NCBI GenBank assembly: GCA_046563655.1
Contig: CM102290.1
Span: 1,922,001-1,986,000, forward strand
DNA: 64,000 nt
Source: Yuukianura sp. NJ FZ-2021
Taxonomy: Eukaryota
Direction of reading: 5' to 3'
The notes beneath the pieces are model-generated. The model saw only the letters and a program-made list of their open reading frames with translations. It made no database searches and was not told where the DNA came from. Made by a program: the position numbers and the translations under genes. This document shows positions 24,801 through 37,296 of this stretch, in pieces; position 1 is the first letter of the stretch; each line of letters opens with the position of its first letter.

Positions 24801-27800
24801 CTTTGTAGTCATTGTTATTACAATTTTTGTAATAACCGAGTGACATCTTCATCAATCGATTACTTTAGTAATCAAGTTTATCGACTCAGTGAGCATCCCA
24901 ACTATTGACGTGTATCAAAAAGTGCAAGTTTCCAAAATTTCCGGAGTTACAAAAGTTACAAATTCAATGGAGTCACCTACACCACTCAGCGAAACTAATT
25001 TAAAAAGATACAAAGGAATCAGGTTCGTTTTTTCAATTTTTTTTGAAAGTTTTGAATACGCTTAAACCGACATGTTCACATTTTTAAAAAAAATGAACAC
25101 TGGAACTAATACTTTGAAGAGCAGAGTTTAGGCGTGACTTGGACGCAAGTTGGGGCTTAAGCGGGCTTTTCCGAAAATAAGCGCTGGAAAAAGTAAATTC
25201 TAAAAAAACGAAAAAGGGTTTGAAATTTTGAAACGTGTTTTGAGTGGATACGGTTCCGAGGACATTATAGTTGAGAACGTGCTCATTGCCAAATGCTAAA
25301 ATAGGTTTCAGGGTCCATTAAGCTTTTTCGGAAGGCGGAGAAAGTGAATTAACTAATCCATCAAGCTCTCGGATGAAATAAATTCCAAGGATTCTCGGTC
25401 TAAATTTAATTAACTTTAATTAATTAACTTATTTAAATCTAAACCAACTGAAACTGAAACGCTTCTGGCAATTGGGGCGGGGTTTTGTCAAATTCAAATT
25501 TTCCAAATTGGATAATAATTAAAATGAAAAATTATTTGACAAAATAGTTTTCTTTTCGGATTCAAGGTTTGAGTACAAAAATTAACTTTTGGCGCTTTTC
25601 GTTTTTCATTTGGTGACCCTATCACATGGTAAAGTTGGATGGGCGGGGTCAAAGGTCAATTTATGTCCATTGTCCAAAAATTTACTCTACTTTTCCCATT
25701 TTTGGTTCACAATAAGTAAAATGTAAATTTTATTTTGATCCTTATCCAAATATGGCTCAGTTAGTGGTGCATTTCATGTTATGTCCAAAACGTCTTAAGT
25801 CATCAACCAACTCTAGTAACAGTAGACTTGAAAGTGAAAAAAAATTCAACGGTGACACTTTTTCCAAAAAGATTTCGGCGTTCAAACTCCCGGGCACGTG
25901 AAAAAGTTCGCGCGCGATCCTGGCGAAAAGCTGAAAGTTTAGTAACAGTCGTTATGTTTTAAATTGAGAGATTAAATAAACAAAAGCGAAGCCTTTCCTA
26001 TTTGTTTGTTCTTTGGGCGTATGTTTCTTTTTTCTTTTTTTTTCTGATACATAGTGTACTTGACATGACCTTCTCGTTTTAATTAATTGGATCCATCCTC
26101 TCTAATGTAATTGGAATGTACACTATGGTTCAAAGTGTTTTTTTTTCGAAATAGACGCCGAGAAAATTAGGCTTAGCAGAAACTTTAAATTAAACAAAGA
26201 TTTTCCAGGAATATCTTTCGTCCCTGCTCAAATTTATACTTAGTTTAACTTAATCTCCGCAGTATTTCATTTTGTCTAATGTATTTCAAAATAAAGTCTA
26301 AAATTAACCCATTTGAAGTTTCATTTTGAACAATTGAAATTTTGAGTGTTTGAGAGTTGAAAGGGATTTCGAAAGGAAAATCCTGCTTGTTTTGGTTGCG
26401 AAAATCCCTCCAGGGTTTCCTAACTTTTCATCCCCCTTCTTTAATAAACAACCCCAACAAACATCAAAATCTCTTTGTTTTTTTTTCATTTCCCCCCGAA
26501 AGCATTTTGAAAAGTTGAAACTTGAAAAAAAAAGAAGTTGGAAGTGGTTGTTCCAGTCCACCGATTTCAAGAACCTGAATTCACATATGGTTTAAATGGA
26601 CTCTCAGAAACACACATGCAAGTCAAAACTTAACTTCACAAAGTCACACAGGAAAGTGTTTTCTAAAGGTTCTAAAAACCAACATCAAATTTTTAGTTTT
26701 ACAATAATTTAAAAATCAACAGGAAATTTTTGAAAAAAGGGGTTACATACGAAATTTAATTTTTTAGTACATTGTGATAAACTGTGAGTAAATTTTGACT
26801 AGAATCTAAAAAAAATTAGGGACAAATTGTTGGAAAAAAAAATTTCGGAACTTTGCAACGGGGCAATGTGAGAAAAAGTTTTAACTGCAACTCAAGCTTT
26901 ATAATTTATGATTCACAATTGATTTTTGAAATTACACAAATTTGAAGGCGAAGAATGAAAATTACTTTTGTTTTTTGAGAAGAGGTGTCGAAAATTGAAG
27001 TTTTTCGTCTCTGGTTTTTCACACCTCCTGAACAGCTTGACGGAAGGAAAGATGTAATTGCGGTTTTAAGTTGAAGAGGGGAGGGAAACTACTCCATGTT
27101 TAATTAATTTTGAATTTGACTTCTCCCGCTCCTCGCTCTTAAGGCTTACCACGTGTAAATGACCAACCAGAATAACAATTAGTGTTCAACTCAAAATGAA
27201 AATGAAAATTTGTCCAAAAAGTTACGCAATTCTAGAAACAAGTTTTCAACTTATTCCTAAGAGTTCCTGCCCAAAAACTCAAAATCCCTGTATTAGTAAA
27301 TAAATAATCCAAATATTTCATTTTTTAAACATTTCATAAATTAAAACTTTTTCAGAAATTTTTGGATTTTATGTTTCAGAACGACGAAGAAACGCCAACA
27401 CTCCTGTGCTGACTTCTACCTCAACCATAAGGAAAGTGAAGATGATGAAACGCTGGGCCCTAGATCTGTATCTTTGGTAAGTATAATATAATAGTAGGAC
27501 TAAAGCCAGGCTCAGCGCCTCCTGCTCATGCGCCCAAATAAATTTTTAATGAGCCAAAATTATCCCTTTTGCTAAACTTAACTTCGAGGCACTAAAATTT
27601 CCATTACGTTAATTTTCAGTTGCAAAATTAAGGTCCTTTCGTTCCTGTAAGTTGCTTGCATTTTAGACTGTTTCTGTCACTGCCAACTTGATTTGTTGTT
27701 GACAAATAACTTTGTGTACAGCACGTACAGTAATATGAGTTTTTGGTTGAAGTAAACTTTAAGGATCGTCATTGTATCCGCATGCTGTAGCAAGGCGGCT

Positions 27801-27834
27801 GTCTTGAGTGGCTGGTGGAGTTCCATGCCATTCT

Positions 27835-28058
27835 GTCGACTGAATTTTATCAACTACCATTGTATCAACTGAATTGTATCAACTGCCATTGTATCAACTA
27901 AATTGTATCAACGCTCAATTGTGTAAACGGCTGCTTGTATCAACTAAGCTAACAACTCTATTAAACATTACACACGTTGACACAATTAGTCGTTGACACA
28001 ATTGACCAGTTGACAGAATTCAGTTGATACAATGCAGTTGACATAATTGTGAATTCGA
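27835..28058. repeat. Foldback-type element with ~15-bp minisatellite arms in inverted orientation
   Basis: About seven ATTGTATCAAC-like units, followed by five GTTGAYACAAT-like units. Confidence 0.8.
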
Positions 28059-28762
28059 CTAGGTTATGTTTGATTAACATAAAATATCTGGCTTAAAGCG
28101 GCAGCATAATTTGTCACACACTGCAGCCGAAGAATTGCTACACGTTGGAGTTACAACGACTGTCGTTAAAGTTTACTTCAACCCAGTTTTTTTTTAATGA
28201 GCTCTTCAAAATGGAAACGTTGACTTGTGAATTTGTTAAGCTCAAAAGGAGAGAAAACTTTTCATTTTCAAGTGTTTTGACATGCAGCACGGTTTGTAAG
28301 GAAGAAGAAACATTATTAAATGCCCATGGTTAAATTATAAATTAAAACGGTAATAACAAACAGCAGGGAGCCTCAAAAACCAAAAAAAAAGTAGTAGTGC
28401 AAAGCGCTTGAACACGAAATTGTTATTTCAAAAATTAATTGCAATTGGGCCATTTGAAAAGGAAAAGTGGGAACATTTTTTAAAATGTTTTCTCGAAACT
28501 GTATAAAACTTCGACATCCGCAAAAGAAAGCAGATTATGGCCAGATTTAAATGTAAACCAATTTGGCGCCAATTTTTTTGCAGTTTGCTGTTTTTGCAGT
28601 TTGCTTGCAGCGGGTAGTTTGCCGTCATTGACCCGTAACGAGTAGAAGTCATTGACCTTTCACTTAAACTTTGTGAGAGGACGATTGACAAACCCATTGG
28701 TTCAGCGCGGGAAGAGTTGAAAAACTGGAAATGTGTTTAAAGTTGACGTTGGTTGGGTCCAC

Positions 28763-28920
28763 GGGGTTCCATGTAATGTGATCAAAAGCAATTTGGTCAA
28801 AAAGTGAAAAGGTCAAAAAGTGATAGCATAAACATAGGAAAATTACCCTAATCTATTTGTAATGATTGACTTTTTCACTTGTTGATCAAATTATTTTGAC
28901 CATTTCACCTGCTACGTCCC
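28763..28920. mobile_element. Degenerate MITE (~55-bp inverted arms)
   Basis: AATTTGGTCAAAAAGTGAAAAGGTCAA mirrored by TTGACTTTTTCACTTGTTGATCAAATT. Confidence 0.65.
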
Positions 28921-29621
28921 ATAGAGGACCCCATTACTCTCAAATTCCAAAGTAGTTTTAACTATTATAGTAGTAATTACAGATCCTGTAAAGTGATAAA
29001 GGTGAGAAATTGTTGTCTTTCATTTGACAGTTATTGGTAGGATTTTGGCGCAACATTTTAAAAACTTTAAAATGAAGATCATCAGTTCCTCGGTAAGTGG
29101 AGGCTCAAGGGCATTGACCTTTGCTACAAAGAATCTTTAACAGCGAAGTGACACACGCGTGGAGGGGTCAAATGCAATTTTGAAAAAAAAGTTTTGACGG
29201 TTATGAAATTTTGGCAATTTACGACAAAAAATGTGCTTAAAGTGTAGGTTTCTCTGAAAAAGTTTTGGTTATGGTGAAGGTGAAAACTAGTTTTTAAAGT
29301 GATGCTAACGGTGTTCTATTGGATTGAATTGTCCCTTTCCTCCTTTTGTGGCAATTCCTAAGAGATCAAAGTCTTAATCACATGCTCCGTAAATTGGATT
29401 CATCTTTGAACCCCGAGGCAATTTTTCAACAATTTCCGTTTTTGCCAGAAAAAAATTAAACCAATTTGGCCAATTTTTGCATTTTACTACAGATTTTGTA
29501 CATGACTTGATAAACTTGAGAGTTTTTTAATTTACAAAATTTTGATTCAAATTCTTTATTTCAGACGGCCCTCGTCTCTCCGGACCAAAAAAGATCTCAA
29601 TCAGCTATCGAACCTTCCAGG

Positions 29622-32600
29622 ATGTCACAACTGGAAACACTAGAAGCAAAGGTATTTTTTTTTGAAAATTTTCAAAAAATTTGAACAAAAAATAGCAAAA
29701 AGAAAAACTTTAAAAAAAAAAAGCTCAAAATAAGCGTTTGTACAAAAAAAAACTGATCTTGCGAAGGTGACCTCACATGAAGATTAACTAAAAAAAATGT
29801 AGTTAAACATTACATAAGACAATTTAATATAAAAAACATGAAATAATGTAATGTACTATAGCCTAACACAATGTAATGCGATATGAAAAAACATGAAATG
29901 ATGTAAAGTGGCATAACCTAACATAAAATAATGTAATTTGAGCATAACATGATCATGCAGCATAGTAACCTAAACGGTAATTAAAAGCCAATTCCAACCC
30001 CGTTCTGTCAAAGTTGTCACTTGACGAGAAATTACCGTAACTGTCCATTTACACACCCTGAGAAGGAGTGCTGATCGTTTCCTCCTTTTGTCCTTGCCTG
30101 TGACCATGTTCAATTGAATTCCATTAGATCAATTCCACTTTCCCGCCCACAGTCATTTCAAATGTAGCAAATCTAATTACTTTTTAGGAAATGTTTTTAG
30201 ACCTACCTAATTACTTTTGTTGACCTAACCAATTAGGCTCAACACTTCATATGGTTAGGTCCACAAAAGTTAAAGTTTTAGTCACGCTTTTTCCACACTT
30301 CACAGATGACAGTTTGTGTTCTACACAGTAAATTGACTAATGTTTGGAACCATGGGGCGGGAAATTTTGATTTTCATTGACTTTTTGAATTTGAGCGCCT
30401 CCCTTACTGACTACTAACGTCAGATGAGAGTGATGACGGACAGGCATAACCAAAAAAAACTTTGCTATTTCCTCATTTAATGCTTCGTTGAAGCCATTTT
30501 ACCCAAAAGTGTCCCAATTTTAAAACTTTTCAAACGCAAGCGACTTTGATTTTTTGAAGAGCTTTTGTTTTTGACCTTTGACTTTTAAAATGGTTTTAGA
30601 TGGCTAAAATCGAAGTGTCGCTGTCAACCCTAGGCCTTCAGCAGCATCACCATAGTAACCATCAGCATCACGTTCCACAACGTCGTAAAAGAAACAGTGT
30701 CACGCCGTCAGTACGATCTCTACACAGTGTTCCACATTTGAACGGATCGGCCGGAGGGAATAACAACTGTCGTGATGCTCAAATTGCCAAAGAATTGGAA
30801 TTGCTTAGACAAAATCTCAAAGACAAGGACCATTTGGTCATCAAGTAAATACATCAACAGTAATTTAGTCAACAGTTTAGCCAAATTTTCACTTCTTATT
30901 CAAGAATTTCAAAATCTTGAGATTTAGAGTTTATACTACTTTTGTTCAGTCTTTTTTTTTTGCAAATCCTGCCATGTCTTCCATTTTTTTTAAGTTTGCA
31001 GGCTCAGTTACGGAAATTATCAAAACGAAAGCTTCTTCATGGGTCGATTACTTCGACGGACAGTGGAGTCGTGTCACTTCGAATTTTGAGTGACAGTGAA
31101 CGTAAAACAGCAGAAGAGAGGTTAGGTCAACTGGACAAGGAAATGGAGGTCAAGAGGTCAGAAATCAAAAGAATCAATCATCGACTGGAACGATTGGATC
31201 CATCAGAGTAAGTTAAAATTTAAAACAAAGTTGCAAAATTTAGTACAAAACAAAAAAAAAAAACTTATTCGTTTCCTTTTTGTTAAATAACGGACACTAG
31301 AATTGCAAAAAACGAAGGATTTTTGCATATTTTACAACAAAAGTTAAAATGAAACAGAAACAATCGTGACCCTTCCAATTTTGGATTTAGAAATACTCAT
31401 TTTACATGTCTTCGTGCTTAAGTTTTTTTTTCTTCAAATTTTAGTTTTGGTGTAATTTTTCATTTTGGTTTCTTTTTTTTAGCAACATTGATGTGCGAAT
31501 TCAACAAGCCGAATTGGAATATGAATTAGAACGAGAGGAATTGAATCTGATGAATATGCAAGAGGAACGCAGAAATCTTCATACAATTCTGGATGACAAT
31601 GACGCATTTCAAAAGAAAACGGAAAATTCACTCTTTGCGTAAGTTTGTGTGCAAAAAAAATGTGCATATTTTTTTTGGCATGTATCAGTTCATGTTAGCC
31701 AACAGCCAAAGTTACAATTTGCAATGACATGCTCCAAAATCCGTAAAATGTGGTGAGTCATCGGAACTTTACGAAATTTGCAACAACAAAAAATCAATTT
31801 ACGTTTGCACCATTTTAATTTTATTTTAATTTGCTAAAACAATAATGGTCAAGTTCAACATTTTTGTTCAGTTCAAAAGTCTTCAACCTTTTAAAAGGTT
31901 TTTTGGGTGTGTAAACCTGCATTGCACTTCTTTTGCAAAGCAAAAATGTTTTTTCCCGTTTTGTATTTGTTTCTTCTTGTCAATTTTAAGAATTTTTGAC
32001 ATGAGCACGCAGCGCATGCTTAAATTTCATGGTGGAGTGACCTCTTGACCTTGCCCAAAGCCCTTGAAGCAAGTTACAAAAAAATGTTGATCACTTTTTC
32101 CATTGAAGCTTGAACTCAATCTCTACAAAAAGTCGACTTTTCGAGGAAATGGGAAATTATGAAAATGATCTTTCAAAATATTTAAAGTTGGCAATTTGTG
32201 AAGATCAAGATTAACATTATACCACAACAATGCAAAAAAAGATGCATTTGGGCCAGACGTCATTGACTTTTGCAGAAAACTTTCTTGGCAATACCGAACT
32301 TGGAGTCTCACAAATTGCAAATAAACCACAAAATCAGCAAGTTTTAACAAAAAAAGGTTTTAGTTGATACATTGAAACGAGAAAGAAAAAACTTTTTTTT
32401 TTGGCAAAGATTACAAAAAAAGAGAAGGAATTATTTGCAACAAAGAGGAGAAAATTAATTCTTAGGTTTTAAACTTACAGAATGTGACTCCAAGCGTATC
32501 TCCTGTTATGAAAAAAAAAACAAAAACTTTCGTCTGCCGTTTTCAACTTTTTTTCAAAATTTTGAGATTTTTTTTTTGAAATTTTCAGGTCAATGGTAGA

Positions 32601-35309
32601 CAACAACCCTGTTGCTTTATACTCCTTTGAGGTAATGTATGATAGTCAGAATCCATGTTTTACTGTGGGAAAACGCGAAGATAGAACGGGCACTTACGTG
32701 ACCTGGACACGAGATGACCTCAAGACTCTCAAAAGAGGAGACAGGTTTAAAAAATAAATTAAAAAAAAATTCAAAATTTTTGAAAATTTCAATTCCGTTT
32801 TTCAGAATTGTCGAAATCAATGGAACGATTATCATTGCCAAAGGGGTGAACCGTGTTGAAGAATTTTGGTTAGATGAAGGAAGTACTAGCGGGAACGGCA
32901 GCGGAGTGGTTCCGTCGGACGACACGATTTTGGGCGACATGGGTTCGAATCCGTTTCGGCTCGTGGTCATGCGTACTCCGCCACCCCCACCTCCACCGCG
33001 CATTCCAAACCGTGAACTCCACGTAAGTTTTGTTAACGTTTTTGAAAAATTCTTTTTTTAGTTTTAAGTTCGAGAAAAGTGAAAACACTTTTGTCGAGAG
33101 TGACTTTTCACTTTTGTTGGCCCATTTTTTGAAAAAAAGAAAAACGGAAGGAGCTTTTGAACCCCCGCCTCTTTTGCATGCAAAAACACACGAGAGACGG
33201 TTCGTGATTAATCAGTACGTGGTCACATTATTTTGCACTACGTGCCAATTAACTTTAACTTTAACAAGGATGAGACGATTGCTTTAGATTAAAATCACCT
33301 AGTTCTCAAATTCCAATTAGCCTGTACACTCATCATCCATCATGCAAATGGAAGAAGATGCGCAGAGCAAGGTTTTTTGACTTTGATTTCCTTAACAGGT
33401 TGAGTAATACCTCGTGTTTTTTTTATTTTGCAAAAAAAGGGTCTTTGATTTCATGGTATCGTAGTCATAACAATACAGCCGAATTTTTTAAATTTTATAT
33501 ACGAATTGGTACCATTTTTTGGATTGGTACCAAAATTGGTGCCAATTTTTTTTTCTTTTCTTTTTTTTTTGTCAACAAGCGAGGTAGTACCCAACCTGTT
33601 AAAGAAAATTCATTTTTCGTTGTCAAGCAACCTTGCGGAGAAGTGCAGAAGTCTCCTGTGCACAACCGTAATTTCCCTTGAAATTAATCGTTGCAGTAAT
33701 TTCTCATGATTAGTTTCCTTTTCAATGGAAATCATAAAAACATGTTGTGTTGTTCAGATGCTCAAGGAGGAAGTGGCAATTGTGTCTGCAAAATTGGAGC
33801 AAGTGAATGACGAGAAGCGTGAGATGCAGAGTGTCATGGCAACACTGCAGAAAGACCACGCCCTCTGGGAAGAAGCGCAGGAGCGTCTGCGCACTGACGC
33901 TGACAAGTTAGTCAAGGAACGTGACAACCTTCGCACGGAGTCTGTGCGACTCAAGCATCGCATTTCGTACCTCGAAGAACAAGTAAGAGTTGTGTAAAAA
34001 TTTTTTGATTAGTCCAAAAACTAATTAAAATGTGACAGAACTAGAAATTTGAAAATTCATCTTTTGTAAGCGTCTGTGTAATTTTGTTTAACGAATTCTT
34101 AATTTTTTATGCTTCCTTTTTGTAGTGGTGTCCCACAAACTAGTTTTTTTTAGTTCATTTTGCAAAAGTTATTTCAAAAAACGGGCCAGAACTTGCCGAA
34201 TTTGAAAATTTGAAGAAATTGGAGTACTTTTTGTTGCAAGGTTTATTTTTTTTTAAAATTGTTTTTAGGTGGCAGAATTGATACATCGGAAGGACATGAC
34301 GAATGGCATTCATCCGCAACCAATCACAGTTTTTCAAAAAGGAAATCAAAAAACGATTGTTGCTGAAACCACAACAAAAGAGAACAACCAGTGTTCAAAC
34401 AGTCCCTCCAGGCCACCAAGCGTCACTTCCAGGTACTAACTTTTCAACAAAGTTTGTTGACTTTTGATTTTCTTTAACAGGTTGGGTAATACCTCATGTT
34501 TTTTCGATTTTGCAAAGAAAAAAAACTGTATTTTCATTTCAGGGCATCGTAATCATAGCAATACAGCCGAAATCTTTTTTGAATTTTGAATGCGAATTTT
34601 TTGGATTGGTAGTAACTTTTTGTTTTTTCAGTTTTTTTTGTTAACAAACTAGGTAGTACCCAACCTGTTAAAGAAAATTAACTTTTCGTTATCAAGGAAC
34701 CTTGCTTTTCAAAAAAAATTTAAAAAAAAGTTCTTGAACTTTTTTTTCCTAATTTGTAGAAACGGAGAAACCAAGGCTCTGAAAACAAGGCTTTGGGAAA
34801 CATTTCGCCGAGCTACAACGAGTGACGCTCGTTCCGTCTGTTCCGTCGATTCCCGAAGACCGAATCCCACCGAAAACGGGTATTTCAAAAAACGGTGTCC
34901 GGATTCAAAGAAAATCAAGTCCGGTACCAATCCGGAACCACCGCAGAAACCGATTCGTCTGTCTCTTCAAAGAGCCACAAGTACAAATAATGTTTACTCA
35001 ACGGGAGTCGTTGGAAGTCGAGTGGACGGAATGACCTTGACCTCGGGAAGTTCCGGAAGTGGTGACCTCACTGAGGTCACGACTAACCAAGGACTGTTGC
35101 TCAAGAGGTCAAACTACTCTGAACATACGCTTTTACCTGATTGGGCTCCGAGTCATGACGAAGTTCGGTCCGAAGTTTCCGAGAAGAAGAAAAATGGAAG
35201 CGCGGGAAGCAAACATGGAATTCGGTGGCCATCGCTACGACCTGCAAGTAGCATGAGTTACACCATGACGAACAGCAGAGGAAACAATATGCAACAAGTT
35301 AAGTTTTAG
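29622..35309 (+). CDS. Uncharacterised coiled-coil + PDZ-like domain protein, ~9 coding exons
   Basis: In-frame spliced exons start at 29565, 30600, ~30995, 31483, 32590, 32806, 33758, 34269 and 34760. They give MSQLETLEAKMAKIEVSLS, heptad-rich segments and the PDZ signature LKRGDRIVEING. An upstream exon lies at 27380-27476. Confidence 0.8.
33368..33635. mobile_element. MITE family 1 copy in a PDZ-gene intron
   Basis: CAAGGTT...AACCTTG ends; internal sequence similar to the 34448, 48991 and 55960 copies; TSD not clearly preserved. Confidence 0.88.
34448..34704. mobile_element. MITE family 1 copy in a PDZ-gene intron
   Basis: TTTAACAGGTTGGGTAATACCT/AGGTAGTACCCAACCTGTTAAA subterminal inverted repeat; perfect TSD CTTTTCAA. 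Confidence 0.92.
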
Positions 35310-35918
35310 AATCACTTTTTTGAATTTTTGAAAACGAGTTCAAAATTTCAAAAACAAATCAAAATTTCAAAACCTGGAGACTTCCCGGTTACAAACACAA
35401 AAGGTGTAAAACCAGCAGTCAGCAGCACCACGATTTTTTTTTTTGAAAAAAAAATGCGTTCCCGGTGTCCAATCTTGTTCAACTTTATCGTTATTTATAA
35501 AAAAAAAAAAAATAAATAAAATCCAAAAACTTTAAAAAAAAAGCGTTTAAAAAACTCAAACTTATTTGTTTCAAAACTTTCTTTTTCGTTTTCTTTATTC
35601 AGTACTGACGTTTTGATCACTGGAGTTAATTCCAGATTTTGAAAAAAAAATTAATGAAAAACTTGAAAAATTACCCTCGTTTTCTCAAATGAAAAAAAAA
35701 ACTAAACTAATAATTACGGTTGGTGTGACAGAAAAATTAAGTAAGTGAAAAGTTAACTATACGCCTATCAAAATTAGAAGTATGAAGATTACAAAAAATT
35801 TTACAGTTGAGTATCAAAATCAACCAAAACTAAGGGCACATGCTCTTGTATTTTATCTAAATTTTCATGTTTTATCCCAATTTTATCCAAGATATCGAAG
35901 ACTAAGTTTATCCAATGC

Positions 35919-36523
35919 CTATTCCTCATTGACTGTAGCATCATGGTCATCACGGAGTGACTTTTCATAGCGATCCAAAGCCTTTTCGCCTTCACTAATT
36001 GCCAAGTTAGTAATTTCCGATCCAGGGCCAAGGATAACCTTGACTGCCGTTTTGATTTCTCTCGTTGAAATCGTTTTCTTCCCACTGCGTTCAGCCAGTT
36101 GACCAGCCTCAGTTGCAATTCGATGTACAATGTGGTTCAAAATGAAATTGACGCTTTGTAGCGTTGAGCGTTCCAATGTAAAGTCAGGGTGGAGTGACGC
36201 CAGAACAGTGTGAATTCCAGTGGAGAAGTCTTCTTTTGCTGGAGGACTATCCAGCGCAGACGCTTTGACCTTTGGAGGCTGGAAAACCAAAAAATATATG
36301 GAGGATTTGAGTTAATGGCCATTACACGCATGACGGAAACATTGAGTGATACAACTTAAGTTGACCTTGGTAAGTCATGAGTTAACTATGGGATGTCAGT
36401 GACCTTGCAAGTTTGAGCAGGAACGCGCGGTTGACCTTTGGTAGCCAGCAGGGATGAGCAGGTACAACAAATCCGTTCAGCCTTGCCTGGTTTGCAGTGA
36501 GGGGAGGATTGACAGTCGTCCAT
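35919..36523 (-). CDS. Divergent histone H2B variant; histone-fold exon 35919-36279 plus inferred first exon 36404-36523
   Basis: VLASLHPD..RIATEAGQLA..TISTREIKTAVKVIL..AISEGEKA aligns to the H2B fold. A strong acceptor TTTTTGGTTTTCCAG precedes 36279. The first exon (CAAAATG start, AAG|GTCACT donor) is less certain. Confidence 0.88.
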
Positions 36524-37296
36524 TTTGAAAACGCAGTTGAAAAAATAGTAAATTGCACGTTTGTAGAACTTTAGGCTGACACTCCGACTTCGGCTGATGT
36601 CAATCCAACACTGAAAGAGTCTACTGGACACCGGACACTCTGGACATGTCAGCAATACACCCACTTTTTTGTTATACAGTCCTACTCCTACCTGCAGAAG
36701 CCTGTATGTTTGTGGCTTGTGAGATATAGAATTTGGACAGAAATTAGGAATCATGTTGTCACTGTCAGTCGGTGTCAAATGACAAGTCGGAGGTCATTTT
36801 CATATGTTAAACAAGAGTAGAGTTCTTGTCATTTCAAAAGTGAACTGAATTCTTACATGCATTATGCCCAAGTTAACATAAAGACACGAGTAATTGTAAT
36901 GTCGATTTGTGAATTAACATTCGTTACGCTATTTTTTTTCAATTAGATTTCATAAATTTCAAAATTCACAATTTCAAAAATAGATTTTTGGTAGCTGTAA
37001 GGACGTAAGGACGTGGTTTTTGAAATGTCTCAGCGTGCCCCAACTGAAACCAGCAAATTTTTGGAAAGGCGCCAAAACGAGGCCGAAATTCAAATTTTGG
37101 ATTTTGGAGGTTTTTCGGGTTTTTCATTCAAACTCCGGACAAAGAAAATCCGGGTGCTTTTTGAGAAATTGTTGACCGTTGGAAATTGTTCATGCGGAGT
37201 TTTTGTTACTGAATTAAACGCTAATTGCTCATTGTATTTATCTACGAGGTTACCGGACATTAGGACTCGATTGTGAACTGAGTCATCGAATTCGAG

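Noticed and set aside
25166..25335. Additional MITE suggested by TTCCGAAAATAAGC / GCTTTTTCGGAA
   Set aside because: The inverted match is too short, with no second copy or TSD in the window.
27835..28058. CRISPR-like repeat array
   Set aside because: Units are ~15 bp with no unique spacers, half are inverted, the context is a eukaryotic intron and there are no cas genes.
23882..28697. Short F/K/L-rich ORFs listed in the track
   Set aside because: Chance ORFs from A/T homopolymer-rich intron sequence, with no motifs or splice support.
35780..35918. Replication-dependent histone 3' stem-loop
   Set aside because: No GGYYYTTTTHARRRCC-type hairpin; only four GATAAA repeats and a downstream AATAAA near 35594.
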